Shown here: one piece after another, positions 50,881 to 64,000 of the stretch | Layout of the letters: each line of letters begins with the position of its first letter | Numbering within the stretch: position 1 is the stretch's first letter | From: Octopus vulgaris | Taxonomy: Eukaryota | Assembly (NCBI GenBank): GCA_951406725.2 | Contig: OX597827.1 | Span: 73,346,001-73,410,000 of the forward strand | Direction: 5' to 3' | Length of the DNA stretch: 64,000 bases | Program-made: the position numbers and the translations under genes | Notes under the pieces: model-generated | What the model saw: the letters and a program-made list of their open reading frames with translations, nothing else | Database searches by the model: none | What the model was told of the DNA's origin: nothing

Positions 50881-51623
50881 TATACCATATGGTTAGTGTA
50901 TATATTTTTTGAATCTTGGACTAGTTTTTAATCACACTGTTGGATTTGTTGCTTATAATACATGATTTATTTCGCATCGCAAGGATATTGTATATATTTC
51001 GACATATTTCTTAAGAAAAACCTTCGACTGTTGTATGCATATATTATTTTCTTATTTAATATTCTACTTATATTTTATTTTATTTCATTTTATTGTATTT
51101 TATAAACCCACTTTAATCGTTTAATTTATAGATAATTCGATATAGGGTGTTATATTTTGTATGTCTTTTATCCGAATTTTATTATTATACACAGGCATTT
51201 TAAAAAAATGTGCTTTTTTTATATATAGGTAGGGACCTTGACATGTTTTATGTGGATGTTTGTATTGTTGGCATGCATATGTATTCTTATCTATGCCTCT
51301 ATATATGTGTGTAAGTAAACTTGTATGTTTATACTTGTGCACATACACATAAGGATGTATATGCATGCATGTATTCACTTATATTTGTGTGGATGTGTAT
51401 TTACGTGCATATTTCCATATATTTATATATACACTTTTGTATACATATGAATACGTAATTTTATTTTGTGTACATTCGTTATACATATTAAGCCACCTAT
51501 CTTTCTTTCTTTCTTTCTTTTCTATGCTATATTTCTGCTGCTTTCAAATAAAGTATATTACTTTACCTCTGGTATTTGAGTACTCTTTTATACATCCTTG
51601 TTTCACATTTATGTGCTTACTCC

Positions 51624-51665
<42 letters not shown>

Positions 51666-51869
51666 CTTGTATAATATTATTTTAAGTACAGAAACTATAA
51701 TTCTTGATGAATAACTAGTTTCGTTGAACTGTATTCATTAAGATCTCATATTATATATAATCACATAATTTAGTTTTTCTGGATTATCACAAATGTCCGA
51801 TGAATTTTCGTGTTACATTCTGAGTAACAGTTGCTGAAGTCTTTTTAAATTAGCACCCCTTAGTCAGAG

Positions 51870-54557
51870 GATCCTATGGGTCTTCCGTTGTCTCCAGCTA
51901 GATACCACCACCCACCCCATTTCCCCAACCCACCCCTGCCGTCCTTTAAACGCACCCGTAACCTACGCGATCTACCAATCCGTAGCACCTTCCCCGCTTC
52001 CCTCCCAGCCCCACCCAGATGCTTTCCTTACTATAGATCCCGCTGCTACACTTGCCCTTTCATCAGCAACACCACCTCCCTCACTAGATTCAACCAGCAA
52101 ACCCTCCACATTAGAAACTCCCTTGCACTTCTTCAAGTCTTATCTATTGCATTAGAGATAATCTCTGCAATAAACTATACGTTGGTCAGACGGACTGCTG
52201 CCTGGCCGACCGGTTCACGGAACATCTACGAGATGTTCGGCTACGCACGAACATTCCCGTCGCCCGTCATTTCCGTTTGGCCAACCACTTCACCTCTTAT
52301 ATCTCCATTTTTGGCCTCGCCTTGCACCACAGATCCACACTCTCGACTCCGCCTGGAACAGCGTTACATTTTCAGTCAACAAACATAAACTCCCTTCGTA
52401 CTCAGCATAACCCCCTCCTCTTAACGACTGCCTCTAAACCCTTTTATTTTATTTTATTTTATCTTCTCTCATAACCATTTACTTTTTTGCACTGTTACCT
52501 ATTTTACGATTTTTTATTGTTTTTTATCGTTTTTTCCGTCGAATTAAAAAAATTTATTGTATTATTTTTTATAATTTTTAAAATTTCTATTTCATTAATT
52601 TAATTTTGTTTAAATTTTAATTTTTTTACTTTTTATTCTTTACTTTTTATTTTTTATCTTATATCTGTTATTTTTGAATTTTTTAAAAATTTTTAAATTT
52701 TTTCATCTTGTAACCTTCTCCATTTTTGCCCCTTTTTTACCGACCTTCTTTATCATATTTTATTTTATTTCTATATACACGCACACATACATTCACACAC
52801 GTACATATGCACACACATGCACACATATACGCACGCGCACAGGCATGAACTCACATATACCCCACATATATAACCCACACACACACCATACACATACACA
52901 CAACACACATACATGCACACATATACACACACACACATGCAGGTACACACACATACACACATATACACACATGCACTTACACACGCACACATGCGCATAC
53001 ACACACACACCCACGCACGCATACACGAACGCAAATATAACTCCACACACACAACTCCATGCACATACTCACATATACACACACCCATACACACGCATAC
53101 ATAAGCACACATACGCGCACATACACGCACGCGCACAGACATGAATGCACATGCACCACACATATATATCATACACACACAACATGCACATACAAGCACA
53201 CAAGCAATGTACACATATGCACATACACACACGCACACACACATACACAAACATGCATACAAACATACACGCACACACGTACACACAACTACACGCACAT
53301 ACAGTCACATACAGACACACACATACATACGGACGCGCACACATACAGGAACGCATATACCCCTCCACACGCACAACCCCACGTACATACACAACATATA
53401 CATACGCACACACTCACACGCACGCACACACACACACAGGCACAGGCACACACATACAAACACACGCACATACATATACACACATCACACACACAACCCC
53501 ACGTACACACGTACACACATATACACACTCACACAGACGCTCATACAAATACATACGCACACACATACAAACACACGCACATACATATACACACACCACA
53601 CACACAACCCCACGTACACACATATACACATGCACACACACACATATACACACTCACACACACACGCACATACTAATACATACGCACCCACATACACACA
53701 CACGCACATGAACGCACACATACCTCCCATTCACACAACACAATCATACAAACACGCACACGATTACACATACAACGACATGCACACACGCACATACACA
53801 CGCACACGCACACACTCATATACAGGAATGCACATATTACTCCACACACACAAAGCCACGCACATGCATATACACACGAACATACACATACGCACATACA
53901 CATATGTACACACACGCACGCACACACACGCACACACACACACAAGACACACACACATACTAGACACACACACATCATATGCATACACCACACACAAGAC
54001 ACACACACAGCATATACATAGACGCACACATACATACACATGCACACAATACTTCAAACTGCCTCTCAAACACATTTCTACTGACCATTCCTCTACGCAC
54101 ATGTGAAGAGACATAACTCCACAAAGGTCCACCACTCCTGTTACCATGCTACTGAATTTTTCCAACTTTAAGAGACAAAGTTCACTCACACATCCACATA
54201 TAAACATCCAAGACCACACAAACTCCACACACACACGCATACACACACATACCATTACACCCACACCCACACGCAGACTAGCGCACACGCACATACTAAA
54301 AGATACAGAGTCATACCTCCTTCTCTTACACTCTCCTGTCTTCGAACTGTTTACCGTATTTTCAAAATGTGAATCGTCGGCGATTTTTTCCTCCATCTAT
54401 TGGACTTTCCAGTCTCCTGTTTCTGAAGAAGAGCTTCGCTCGAAACGTAGAACCACTTTTCTTTCCTTCCCTTGAGCATCTGCTAATACTTTGCATGTAT
54501 CACTCCTTGCGTTTGTTTTTTTTTCTTTCTTGTGTTTGATCTTCGTGGTTTGGGATT

Positions 54558-54562
<5 letters not shown>
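51870..54562 (+). mobile_element. 5'-truncated PLE: GIY-YIG region (51870-52410), T-rich tract, ~1.5-kb cryptic (CA)-rich tract, and hammerhead-bearing end
   Basis: PSFKRTRNLRDL, RCYTCPF, LIYCI..CNKLYVGQT...DRFTEHLRDV...VARHF and RLRLEQRYIF. CTGAAGA...GAAACGTA at 54423-54449. Ends in (TA)n. Confidence 0.8.
54419..54453 (+). ncRNA. Minimal (Penelope-type) hammerhead ribozyme motif
   Basis: GTTT-CTGAAGA-A-GAGC-TTC-GCTC-GAAAC-GTA-GAAC. Confidence 0.7.
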
Positions 54563-54644
<82 letters not shown>

Positions 54645-54648
<4 letters not shown>

Positions 54649-54853
54649 GATCCAAACAAGAAAGCAAAAAAAACACAACAACGCGAGGACGTGGAACAAA
54701 TATAGTATTATAGGACGCTCAGGAAAGAAGGAAAGAAGGAGGGTTCAACGTTACGAGCGGAGCTCTCCGTCGGAAACATAGAAGGAAAGATCCAGAGAAG
54801 GGAAGACAAAGGAAAAAAAATCGCCAACGGTACACACGCGGTCACATTTTGAA
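54645..54853 (-). mobile_element. PLE terminal fragment, inverted relative to 54361-54562, with degenerate hammerhead (54747-54773)
   Basis: Homologous to 18547-18770 and to the reverse complement of 54361-54545. Confidence 0.7.
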
Positions 54854-54879
54854 TATATATATATATATATACACACATA

Positions 54880-55452
54880 TATTGGGTCATTCCATAAATA
54901 ATGCGGTTTTTTTTCAATCGCATGAACTAAAAGTTGAAATAGGATGGGATAAACTACCTGCATCAACCTGCTATGAAAGCAGATAGTAATTTTCCCTCTT
55001 CCTTAATCTTAGTGCAAGTTTTGAAGGGTGAAGCTCGATTTAAACAGTTATTTTTTCAAAGCTATAATGGAAGTGACAAATGAGCACGTTCGGCATAGTT
55101 TGTTTTATTATGAGTTCAACAAAGGCAACAAAGAAACGGAAAGTGCGAGGGATATTAATGCAGTGTTTGGGGATTGGAGAATAAGTGTAAGCCAGTATCA
55201 ACGGCGGTTCCAGAAGTTCCGAGCCGGAAACAACAACCTAGAAGACGAGCCACATCTTGGAAGATCTGTAGAGCTCGAGAAAGATGTCTTGCAAACTCTG
55301 GCGGAACAAAATCCCATCGTAACTGTTGAGGAACTAGTACAGCAGCTTGGTTTTGGTCATTCAAGATGGAAAAGTATTGTAGAAAATTTTAGATCAAAAA
55401 AGTACTTTATCTTAATCTTTTAAAAAATGAGGGTTAAAAACCGCATTATTTA
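54880..55452 (+). mobile_element. Internally deleted Mos1/SETMAR-like mariner
   Basis: IRs TAAATAATGCGGTTTTT (54895-54911) and AAAAACCGCATTATTTA (55436-55452). Peptide HVRHSLFYYEFNKG...RRFQKFRAGNNNLEDEPHLGRS. Confidence 0.9.
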
Positions 55453-57031
55453 TTTTCTTTTACTCTCTTACTGTTTTCAGTCAGGGGCTGGGGCCGTACT
55501 GAAGCACCGACTTTCACAAGTTTTGGGTCTCCCTTCGGTATTATGCTTGACGGCAAAACGAGTTGGACGGAACTGCAGCGCTTGATGTTTCCCAGTGGAG
55601 AGAAGACACCCGAGAATTGTTTATTTAGTACTTCCCTTATCCTCTTTGGGTCTGCAGTTAACAAATCGACTTCAGATTGTTGACCTATCCTGTAGTGCAC
55701 TGTGGCAGATTCTTTGAATAGTTGGTTTGGAAAAATACCTGCTCAATTCCGTCATATTGTCTGAGAAAATTGTCGGTGTTATCTTCACGTTATACATTAG
55801 AGCTACATTTTTGGTAAAACAGAATTCTAACCTCCCTCTCTCTCCTTTCTCTGTATATACATATATATGTAAATATGTGAAGTATTATCACTGTTAGAAA
55901 CAGTAATAATGAGGTGGCTAGCAAGACTTCTACATAAACAGTTATAATATTTGAAAAAAGAAGGGTAAAAATACCGCTTGCAAAAAAATTAAAGTGAAAG
56001 CTTAAAAAAAAACCCACCAATTCTGCGATAAATACACACACGAGCAATTTAATGAACATTTTAAAGAATAGGCCTGCCTTCAGGAGGGAAATTGAAGGTA
56101 GTTTTATTACATATTCCAACATCAATTGATTTCATGCTGTGCATGATAAAACATGCCCGGCAACCCTCATTTGAAGGCAGTATTAACATCTATTTCTAAA
56201 ATATTTAAAGTATTTAACATATTTTTCTAAAATATTCATTACGTCAACTCGTGTGCGTTTCTAGCTTTTGGGCAATGAAATGTTACCGAAGTATTTATCA
56301 CGAATATAGTAGTTACATTACTACCACCCTTTATCACTATACACCTGTGATAAGTTGTAAGTATGGAAATAGTGGCACTTATTCTGTTCCTAACAATTTT
56401 GATAAGTCCATTGTTGCCAGGTCATAGTTTCAGATTGTTTCTATATTACGTGTTTTGCACATTTCTTGCGTTATCATATCAATACATTAATGCGTGTACC
56501 TCTACGGACACAGGAAAACTAGTGATTTATTAATTACTGTCTTCCTGTTTCAGTAGAACTAAATTTGTTTACATATTCCATGGCTACTGAATACCTGCAA
56601 CAAATGACGGTGAAAAAAAAATCTAGATTTAAACAATTTAACGTTTCGTCAGATTTTTATCACAACACATGAATGTGAGATGTGATCACGTGACGAACGC
56701 CGCAGTTTTGTGACTTTGTGCAGTATATCCACGTACATTAAGTAAGAATTATATATATGGGTGTGTGTGTGTATGTTTCCGAATGATTATGTAACACACA
56801 CACACGCACGCGCACACATACAGATATATACATAGTCATTACGAGTCAAATATTTCCTGATTTTTTTACGAAGATTCTTGTGAATGAATGCTTGAAAAGC
56901 ATAATTGTTATAAACCGGTGTAGTCCTCATTTCCACTCGCACATTATTAAAATACCAGGAAATATTTAGAAAGAGACGAATTCACAGGCTGAGACATATT
57001 TTTAAAAATATAATGTAGACTTAAATTATAC

Positions 57032-57166
57032 CTTGTTGACAATTTTCACCGTCATATCCAGCAGCACACCCATCTGGACATGTTCCATTTCGTCTGTCGC
57101 ACTTTTTGTTGTCAACACAGTGACATATATCTTTACAATTTACACCAAATTTATCTCCTTCACATT
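57032..57166 (-). CDS. EGF array exon B (copy 1)
   Basis: 135 bp, phase 1-1. Encodes (E)CEGDKFGVNCKDICHCVDNKKCDRRNGTCPDGCAAGYDGENCQQ. Confidence 0.9.
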
Positions 57167-57407
57167 CTGAAAATATTGGTATAAACAAATTATATTAGAT
57201 ATCATTTACTGAATATAATAAAAGGTATGTCTATAATACTTTTCTACTTCAGAAATATAATTAAGATATTGTATGCCTGTAAACAAACATTAAACATTTG
57301 TTTCGTTTGACGTAATATGTTATCATAAACAAGATTGAACAGGTAGAGACATTAAATGAAATATAAAACATAATTTAATAATTTTGGAATAAAGTATAGA
57401 AAATTAC

Positions 57408-57536
57408 CATCTTGACAGCTGGATCCGCTGTATCCTGCATCACAATCACCTGGACATGATCCATCTACGTGGTCACATGGTCGGGAACAATGACAATGCT
57501 CTTTGCAACTATCACCAAAGCTACCACTGGAACATT
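57408..57536 (-). CDS. EGF array exon A (copy 1)
   Basis: 129 bp, phase 1-1. Encodes (E)[42 protein letters not shown]. Confidence 0.9.
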
Positions 57537-57579
57537 CTGAAATAAAGTATTGTTAGAAATGAATCCGGAGTATTCCACC

Positions 57580-57905
<326 letters not shown>

Positions 57906-58200
57906 TACAAGCAATTATGCCCCTACGTGAATTTGCGTGTGCAGGAAGGCAGGTACACACACACATGAACACGTAAAGTCACTGAAATACATCTATTCAC
58001 AGATGTATGGATACCTTACCATCCATGCATACATACATACATATTTACTTTTATATGAACACAAGTAAACAGCATACACGTATATATATACATATGTATG
58101 TGTATATATATATGTATATATATGTATGTATATGTAGATATCGATATGTGTGTGTGTGTTTGTGTGTCTGTGTCTGTGTGTGTATGTGTGTATGTATATA

Positions 58201-58235
<35 letters not shown>

Positions 58236-58309
58236 CAATATATGTGCATGTATATATATAAATATATATATATGTGTGTGTTTGTGTATGTATGTATGTA
58301 TGTATGCAT

Positions 58310-58860
58310 GTCAGGTAACTTTCGAGTGCTACTGGTAACATGTAATCCAGTACAACCTGTTTCACCGTCAGGCCGTCGGCGATTAAACCGGCAACCCGCC
58401 AAGCTTGCTTGGTGAGGAAGGTGTTTACTGGACACCCTGCGGGATGAAAAACAAAACCCGTCAAAGGGCGGAGGAACTCTTGAGAGTCAACGGCCATCCA
58501 ATAAATGTCTTAAGGCTGTATCATGCGCGGGGACATAGAAATAATCGGACTGAATACCCGATCGCGCGGTTAAACCATTGGGAGTGAAGGACTCCTAGCC
58601 TTTGTTAGGGCATCCTTCTAGGAGAAGGTAACTCAGGTAACTGGGATAACTCCGAAATAAAACCTGCGGCTCGGTGGTTACCGATGATGTTGACTTGTTC
58701 TTCTTTTCGGATTATGGCTGATGTTGCTTAGTGAGTGGGATTGAATCAGTGCACAGCCTTACCTCACTTTAAAAAAAATTTTTTTGCACAGGCATTGCAC
58801 GATAACAACATTGATTATGCTTCGTGCAATGGCCATACTCGATAACGAGGGGGCAGCCAC
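58310..58860 (+). mobile_element. Non-coding GC-richer repeat resembling an RTE LINE 5' UTR
   Basis: GGGCATCCTTCTAGGAGAAGGTAACTC...AAAACCTG resembles the RTE 5' UTR motif. Several hairpins are present and there is no credible ORF. Confidence 0.5.
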
Positions 58861-58894
58861 CATTGATGCATATATGCGTGTATATGATAGAAGA

Positions 58895-59445
58895 GGCTAT
58901 ATGAAAAGATATTTGCCCTAGGTGCCACGCAGTGGGACTGAACCCGGAACCATGTGGCTGGGAAGTATGCTTCTTACCAACTCACCCCACAGCCACTACT
59001 GTGCTTATCTATGCGTATGTGTGTGTATGCGTGTGAAAGCGTGTGTGTGTGTGTGTGTGAGTGTATATATTTATGTGCCTGTGCTTGTTCCCATACAATC
59101 GTTTCACAACCGATGTTTATATCTCCCCATAACTTAGCGGCTCGACGAAAGGCTCGATAGAATAAGTACTAGGCTTATAAATATTATAAGTCCTGGGGTA
59201 AGTTTGTTCCACTGAAGGTGGTGCTTCAGCAAGGCCGCAGTCAGATGATTTGAAACAAGTAAAAGAATATACGACAGGTGACAGGTCTTTTTCAGTTTCC
59301 GTCAACCAAATCTACTTACTAGGCACTGGTTGGCCGGATGCTATAGTAAAAGACATTTTTGCTAGGTGCCACGCAGTGGGCCTGAACCCGCAACCATATG
59401 GTTGTAAAGCAGGCCCATCACCACAGACCCACATCTGAGCCTTCT
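58895..59445. mobile_element. Cluster of SINE family B fragments in both orientations
   Basis: Head (-) 58895-59000, tail (+) 59080-59270, head (-) 59280-59445. Confidence 0.75.
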
Positions 59446-59520
59446 GCATATATTTAGATATTCTCGTGTTGTTCATCATGAAAACAATAACAGATAAAGT
59501 AATCAATGAATACATTTGCC

Positions 59521-59608
<88 letters not shown>

Positions 59609-60350
59609 TGTGTGTGTGCGAGATTGTAGATAGTCTCTTGAACTCTTACAAACAGCATCTATTTTACAGTTTTAAGATAAGAAAAGATTGTTGCATAATG
59701 TAGTATTTGATATAGAAAAGAGCGAGATACTTCAGTCTGGAATGTCTTTGTTTATTACTTGTAAGCTTTTCTGGGCTGACTTACACTTTCTCTCTCTATC
59801 TCTCTGTCTCTCTTTTATTTCTCCCCCTCCCCTCACTCTCCATTGCTGCAGCCGTCAGCAATCATGGAACTGGAACTCTAAACCAATATCTGACGATTCA
59901 GCACTAGTGATGTCAGCAAGTTCTCGGAAGACAAGACCCCCTCAATTAAATAGGGTATAATCTGGAATCTCTAAATAGGACAACTAATATTATGGAACTC
60001 TTCCAGAATTGTAAGGAACAGTCTATAATTAGCTTGTTACAATAAATATACAACGTCGACAATTAGCTTGTCAAAAGAAATAAGACAAATTAAGCTGTTT
60101 CCTTTTTTAAAAAATATAGAGTATTAGGATAATACTTGGATAAAACGTAGCAATGAAGAAATAACGTCAGGGATATCCAGATACTAAATTAAAGTCTATA
60201 AGCCGCTCCAATGCCCCAAACAGCATATATAACGTAATTTTTTCTTTTAGAATTCTCGCGTAAACTGGTTTTGCAAATGGAGTCAGTATGGAAACATGTT
60301 TAACTTATAATTAAAGATGTGTTAAAGTATTTTCCTTGTCTTCTTCTTTT

Positions 60351-60401
<51 letters not shown>

Positions 60402-61920
60402 TATATATATGTGTGTATATATACATACATGCGTATTTTTGTTTACGTTTATATCTATATATGTAAGTGGAGAAAGACTGTATTTATGGTTATTAATGGG
60501 ATTCACCACAATTACTTAATAGACAGCATGAAGCATTCTCTTCATGCAAACATAAGTTCTATTCTACATTTAGGTTCTTCCACAGGTCCATATGCAAGCA
60601 AATCAACACGCATAATACTTTCTTAACTACATTCATCATTTCAATATACGTGCGTTTTTCCTTGATCTATTTATACATTTACCTCAACATAAGTATCTTA
60701 GAAGTTCCCTAACTGCAATGCTCTTTTTAATTCTTAAGGCATCCATTTCTAGCATTTTACCTCCCTTACTGACCACTGAACTAAAGTTTATTCTTTCTCA
60801 CCACGCTGAACCTAGAATTCTTCTATCTACTGAATTACCCTTTAATAGCATAAATGCCTTCCTTCTCCACTTTACCAATACCTTAACCCCTAACCTCTCA
60901 CCCGGAATCTACCCTGACGAAGAATAATGCCGCTCTCTTCCCTTTTATCTTTCTCTTACTTGTTCTTTTCTTTTTATTTTCGCTTTCGCTCTCACTCTTT
61001 CTATTTCCAGTACCTATCCTATTCCTTTCTTTTCTCTCTTCTATTCACTCACTCACACCACCACTTTCTCTCAAATCTATCCTGATGTTTGTCTCCCCCA
61101 CACTATAAAAACACCATTTTTGTTCTTACAAGATAATCAATTAATCTATTCATTCAATCTGATGACAATATTCCACATACTGCCTAGATTTATCTGGATT
61201 ATACTTAAAGGACTATACCTTCATGGAAGTACAGACTAATTTCCATACCTTCTCGAATAAGATGAGCTGTGAACTTTATTCCCATGTCTTTCTTCTATAT
61301 AATGTGAATTCTCTGCCTAGAAATTTCCTACATAAATAACATGTCTCTGATTATGGACCACCCAGTGTGTGAGGTTGACCCATCACCTGGTATATACGAT
61401 GGGCTTTCTTTCAGTTTCCTCCTACCGATCCACTCACAAGTCTTCGGTTGGCCCTAGGTTATATTACAAGACATTTGCCTAAGATGCCACGCAGTGTGAC
61501 TGAATCCACAACCATGGGTTTGGGAAGCAAGCTTCTCACCACAGGGCCAGATCTGCACCTTCCTTATATATTTAGTGTTTCTTTTCTTGTTCATCATTAC
61601 AGCCATAATATATAAAGTAATCAACGAATACGTGTATGTGTGTGTGTATGTGTGTGTATGTATCTTTAGAGACTCTCTTGAACTCTTACAAACAGCATTT
61701 ACTTCACATCATATTTTACTGTTTCAAGAAAAGGAGAAATTTATGTATAATGTAGTATTTGATATAGAAAAAGAATGAGATACTTATGTCTGGAGTTCTT
61801 TCGGGCATAGCTTGTACGCTTTTCTCGAACTGACTTACTCGCTCTCTCTCCCCTCTCTATTCTTGCAGCCGTCAGCAATCATGAACCTGGACCTCTAAAC
61901 CAATGTCTGATGATTCCTGA
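59280..61920. repeat. Older direct duplication, about 59280-59900 vs about 61395-61920
   Basis: Shared SINE head, CTCTTGAACTCTTACAAACAGCAT and GCAGCCGTCAGCAATCATG...CTCTAAACCAAT. Confidence 0.8.
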
Positions 61921-62189
61921 TGTTTCTTATGCAAGATACGGCAGCAGTTCTCGTTACCTACAACCGTTTATTTACAGTTTATTCTGTTATCTCCTAATCT
62001 CAAAATTTTATCCTTCAGCTACAATGTTTATTTCATCTATAAACAGTGGAAATGATTCGTGTGCCATCAAGTCACACTGCGATAGGCTTACGTAACATAT
62101 GCCAAGGATTAAACCCACTTACAAAACCTGAATGCCTTAGCCACAAAACCCTCATCTGCTAATTGGGCCCTTTTACTGAAAATAAACTT

Positions 62190-62302
62190 TTTGGCAGTTG
62201 AATCCGGTGTATTCTGCATTGAAATCACCCGGATACGGTCCTTTACTGTGGTAATATTTTTCGGAACAATGACAAGACATTTTATATTAGAGACCAAATG
62301 TG
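62190..62302 (-). pseudogene. Dead copy of EGF exon A'
   Basis: TFGL*YKMSCHCSEKYYHSKGPYPGDFNAEYTGFNCQ has an in-frame stop, lost cysteines and no donor. Flank 62320-62620 is homologous to 49105-49400. Confidence 0.8.
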
Positions 62303-62874
62303 TTACTATATCAGGCTAATATTAAGATGATTACGTGGGAATTCCTCTCAGAACATATTTACGATACCATTATGTACATTGTTTACTGAAAACATGAAGA
62401 CGTTTAATCAGATTAGCGTGTGGAATACACAAAAATCTATACTAACATAACACCTACAATTGTTATATACTTCATTTCCTTACGTCAGTGATGTGTTTAA
62501 ATCCTTCAATGAAAATAGCTCCATTAATAAATATAAAAACCTAAACACACAACTACAATCTGTATGGTCATAAATATAATGACTATAATACAAAATATCC
62601 GATCAGTTAATGACATCATATATAGGACAAATAATCTTGTGAGAAATCTTCCATCATTAGAAAATTCTATCGGTTTGTTTCAAGACTCATAAATTATAAT
62701 GGTTATTGACAATTTTGTCTTTTTTTCGGCATATTTGGCAGTAGAATTTTTGTTTTGCCCTTATTTTGTAAATTATTTATAAATTTAACCTTTAAAGGTA
62801 TTTTTTGATATGCTGGCCATTGATAAAATGTTTTTCTCAAAAAAATGTTATCCTACATTAGTTATATATATATA

Positions 62875-63075
62875 TAAGGGAGAATTCACAAGAAAAAACA
62901 AAAGACGAAGACATATGGTGTAGACAACAAGCAGATGCAATAGTTTAATGCTCGGGAAGTGAAAAAGCTTTAACGTTTCGAGCATTCGCTCTTCCACAGA
63001 AAGGAACACAGAAAGAAACAAGGAGAGAATAAAGAATGTATAGTGGCTAGCAATCAATCATGGCGAATGCCGGAC
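62875..63075 (-). mobile_element. PLE terminal fragment with hammerhead-like motif (62972-62999) between (TA)n tracts
   Basis: Minus strand reads CTGTGGA-A-GAGC-GAAT-GCTC-GAAAC-GTT. Confidence 0.65.
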
Positions 63076-63077
63076 AG

Positions 63078-63108
<31 letters not shown>

Positions 63109-63109
63109 A

Positions 63110-63340
63110 AGCTAACACTACCTTTTTATCCATGAAAATCTGGGAATTCAAGGATAGTAATAGTGAAATTAGCCTAAAATGGGATATAGTCCATGAAGCT
63201 CAGCCATACAAAAATTACCGATATAGATGTGAACTATGTTGTATGGAGATATATGAATTAGGGATAAGCAAAACCTAAATAATAATAAATTAGACCTTAG
63301 AGTATCCTGTGTACATAGGATTACACGTACCTTCAAATAC
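63110..63340 (+). mobile_element. PLE endonuclease C-terminal fragment
   Basis: LSMKIWEFKD...LKWDIVHEAQPY...RCELCCME. Confidence 0.75.
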
Positions 63341-63354
63341 TTTAGAAGCAAATA

Positions 63355-63735
63355 ATAATCTTCTCTACTCAAGGCACAAGGCCCCAAATGTTGGCGGAGG
63401 TGGGGCAGTCGGTTAGATGGATCCCAGAACGCAACTGGTATTTAATTTATCGATCCCGAAAGGATGAAAAGCAAAGTTGACCACGACAGAATCTGAACTC
63501 AAACCGTAAAGACATTCGAAATACCTATTTCTTTACTGGCGACAAGGGGCTAAACACAGAGAGAATAAACAAGGACAGACAAACGGATTAAGTCGATTAT
63601 ATCGACCCTAGTGCGTAACTGGTACTTATTTAATCGACCCCGATGAAAGGCAAAGTTGACCTCGGCAGAATTTGAACTCAGAACGTAGCGGCAGACGAAA
63701 TACGGCTACGCATTTTGCCCGGCGTGCAAACGCCT
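63355..63735 (-). mobile_element. SINE family A dimer
   Basis: Two tandem bodies joined at GAAATACCTATTTC. Confidence 0.85.
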
Positions 63736-64000
63736 TAGAAACAAATAAGAATAAGCATATCATACTATGATTTGGTAGCCTGAGTTATCCAGGGTGTCAT
63801 ATCTTTCATAGCATACCCTATATTATCTAGAAATACATGTAGTATTGCTCTCTAATAGCCCTTAACTACTTCAATCTGCATTCCTTCAATATTTATATTG
63901 CAACCTCGGTATTGGGATTATTTTCCTTTATAGTGATAATATATAAATTCGCAATGGATTACCAATTCTTGCGCCTCCCCTAAGTATAAGTTATACCCCA

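Noticed and set aside
52674-54396. Long His/Thr- and Cys/Val-rich ORFs up to 321 aa, and similar YI/CV ORFs elsewhere
   Set aside because: Stop-free translations of CA/TG/TA microsatellites.
56638-56652. Minus-strand CTGACGAAACGTT, hammerhead core halves overlapping
   Set aside because: No stem II, so it cannot form the fold.

Overview
AT-rich, microsatellite-laden eukaryotic DNA. The SINE families and repeat style suggest an octopus/cephalopod genome (inference). There is a 100-N scaffold gap at 44397-44496. Real protein-coding content is small and on the minus strand. (1) Gene 1 is a spliced secreted/cell-surface gene that reads in frame across phase-1 introns: signal peptide 41603-41675, EGF-like 30998-31150, an unassigned two-exon domain 24462-24617 + 23208-23351, EGF-like 17669-17812, and half an F-type lectin (FTP) domain 7530-7790. 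It apparently continues beyond the window. (2) Beyond the gap is a tandem array of duplicated laminin-type EGF exon pairs (44846-57536, plus a dead copy at about 62.2 kb). These lie upstream of the signal peptide and so probably belong to a neighbouring paralog. The rest is decayed transposons: Penelope-like elements, RTE and CR1/L2 LINEs, Tigger, several mariners, Helitron/Helentron derivatives, tRNA-derived SINEs and a fold-back element. The most interesting non-coding signal is a set of self-cleaving ribozyme-like motifs: a well-formed type I hammerhead at 27021-27081, six minimal hammerheads at Penelope-like termini (four with a shared A6U core variant), a long-stem-II hammerhead and an HDV-like candidate. 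There is also a 608-bp nested palindrome and a head-to-tail Helitron trimer. All calls were made by eye, with no database searches.
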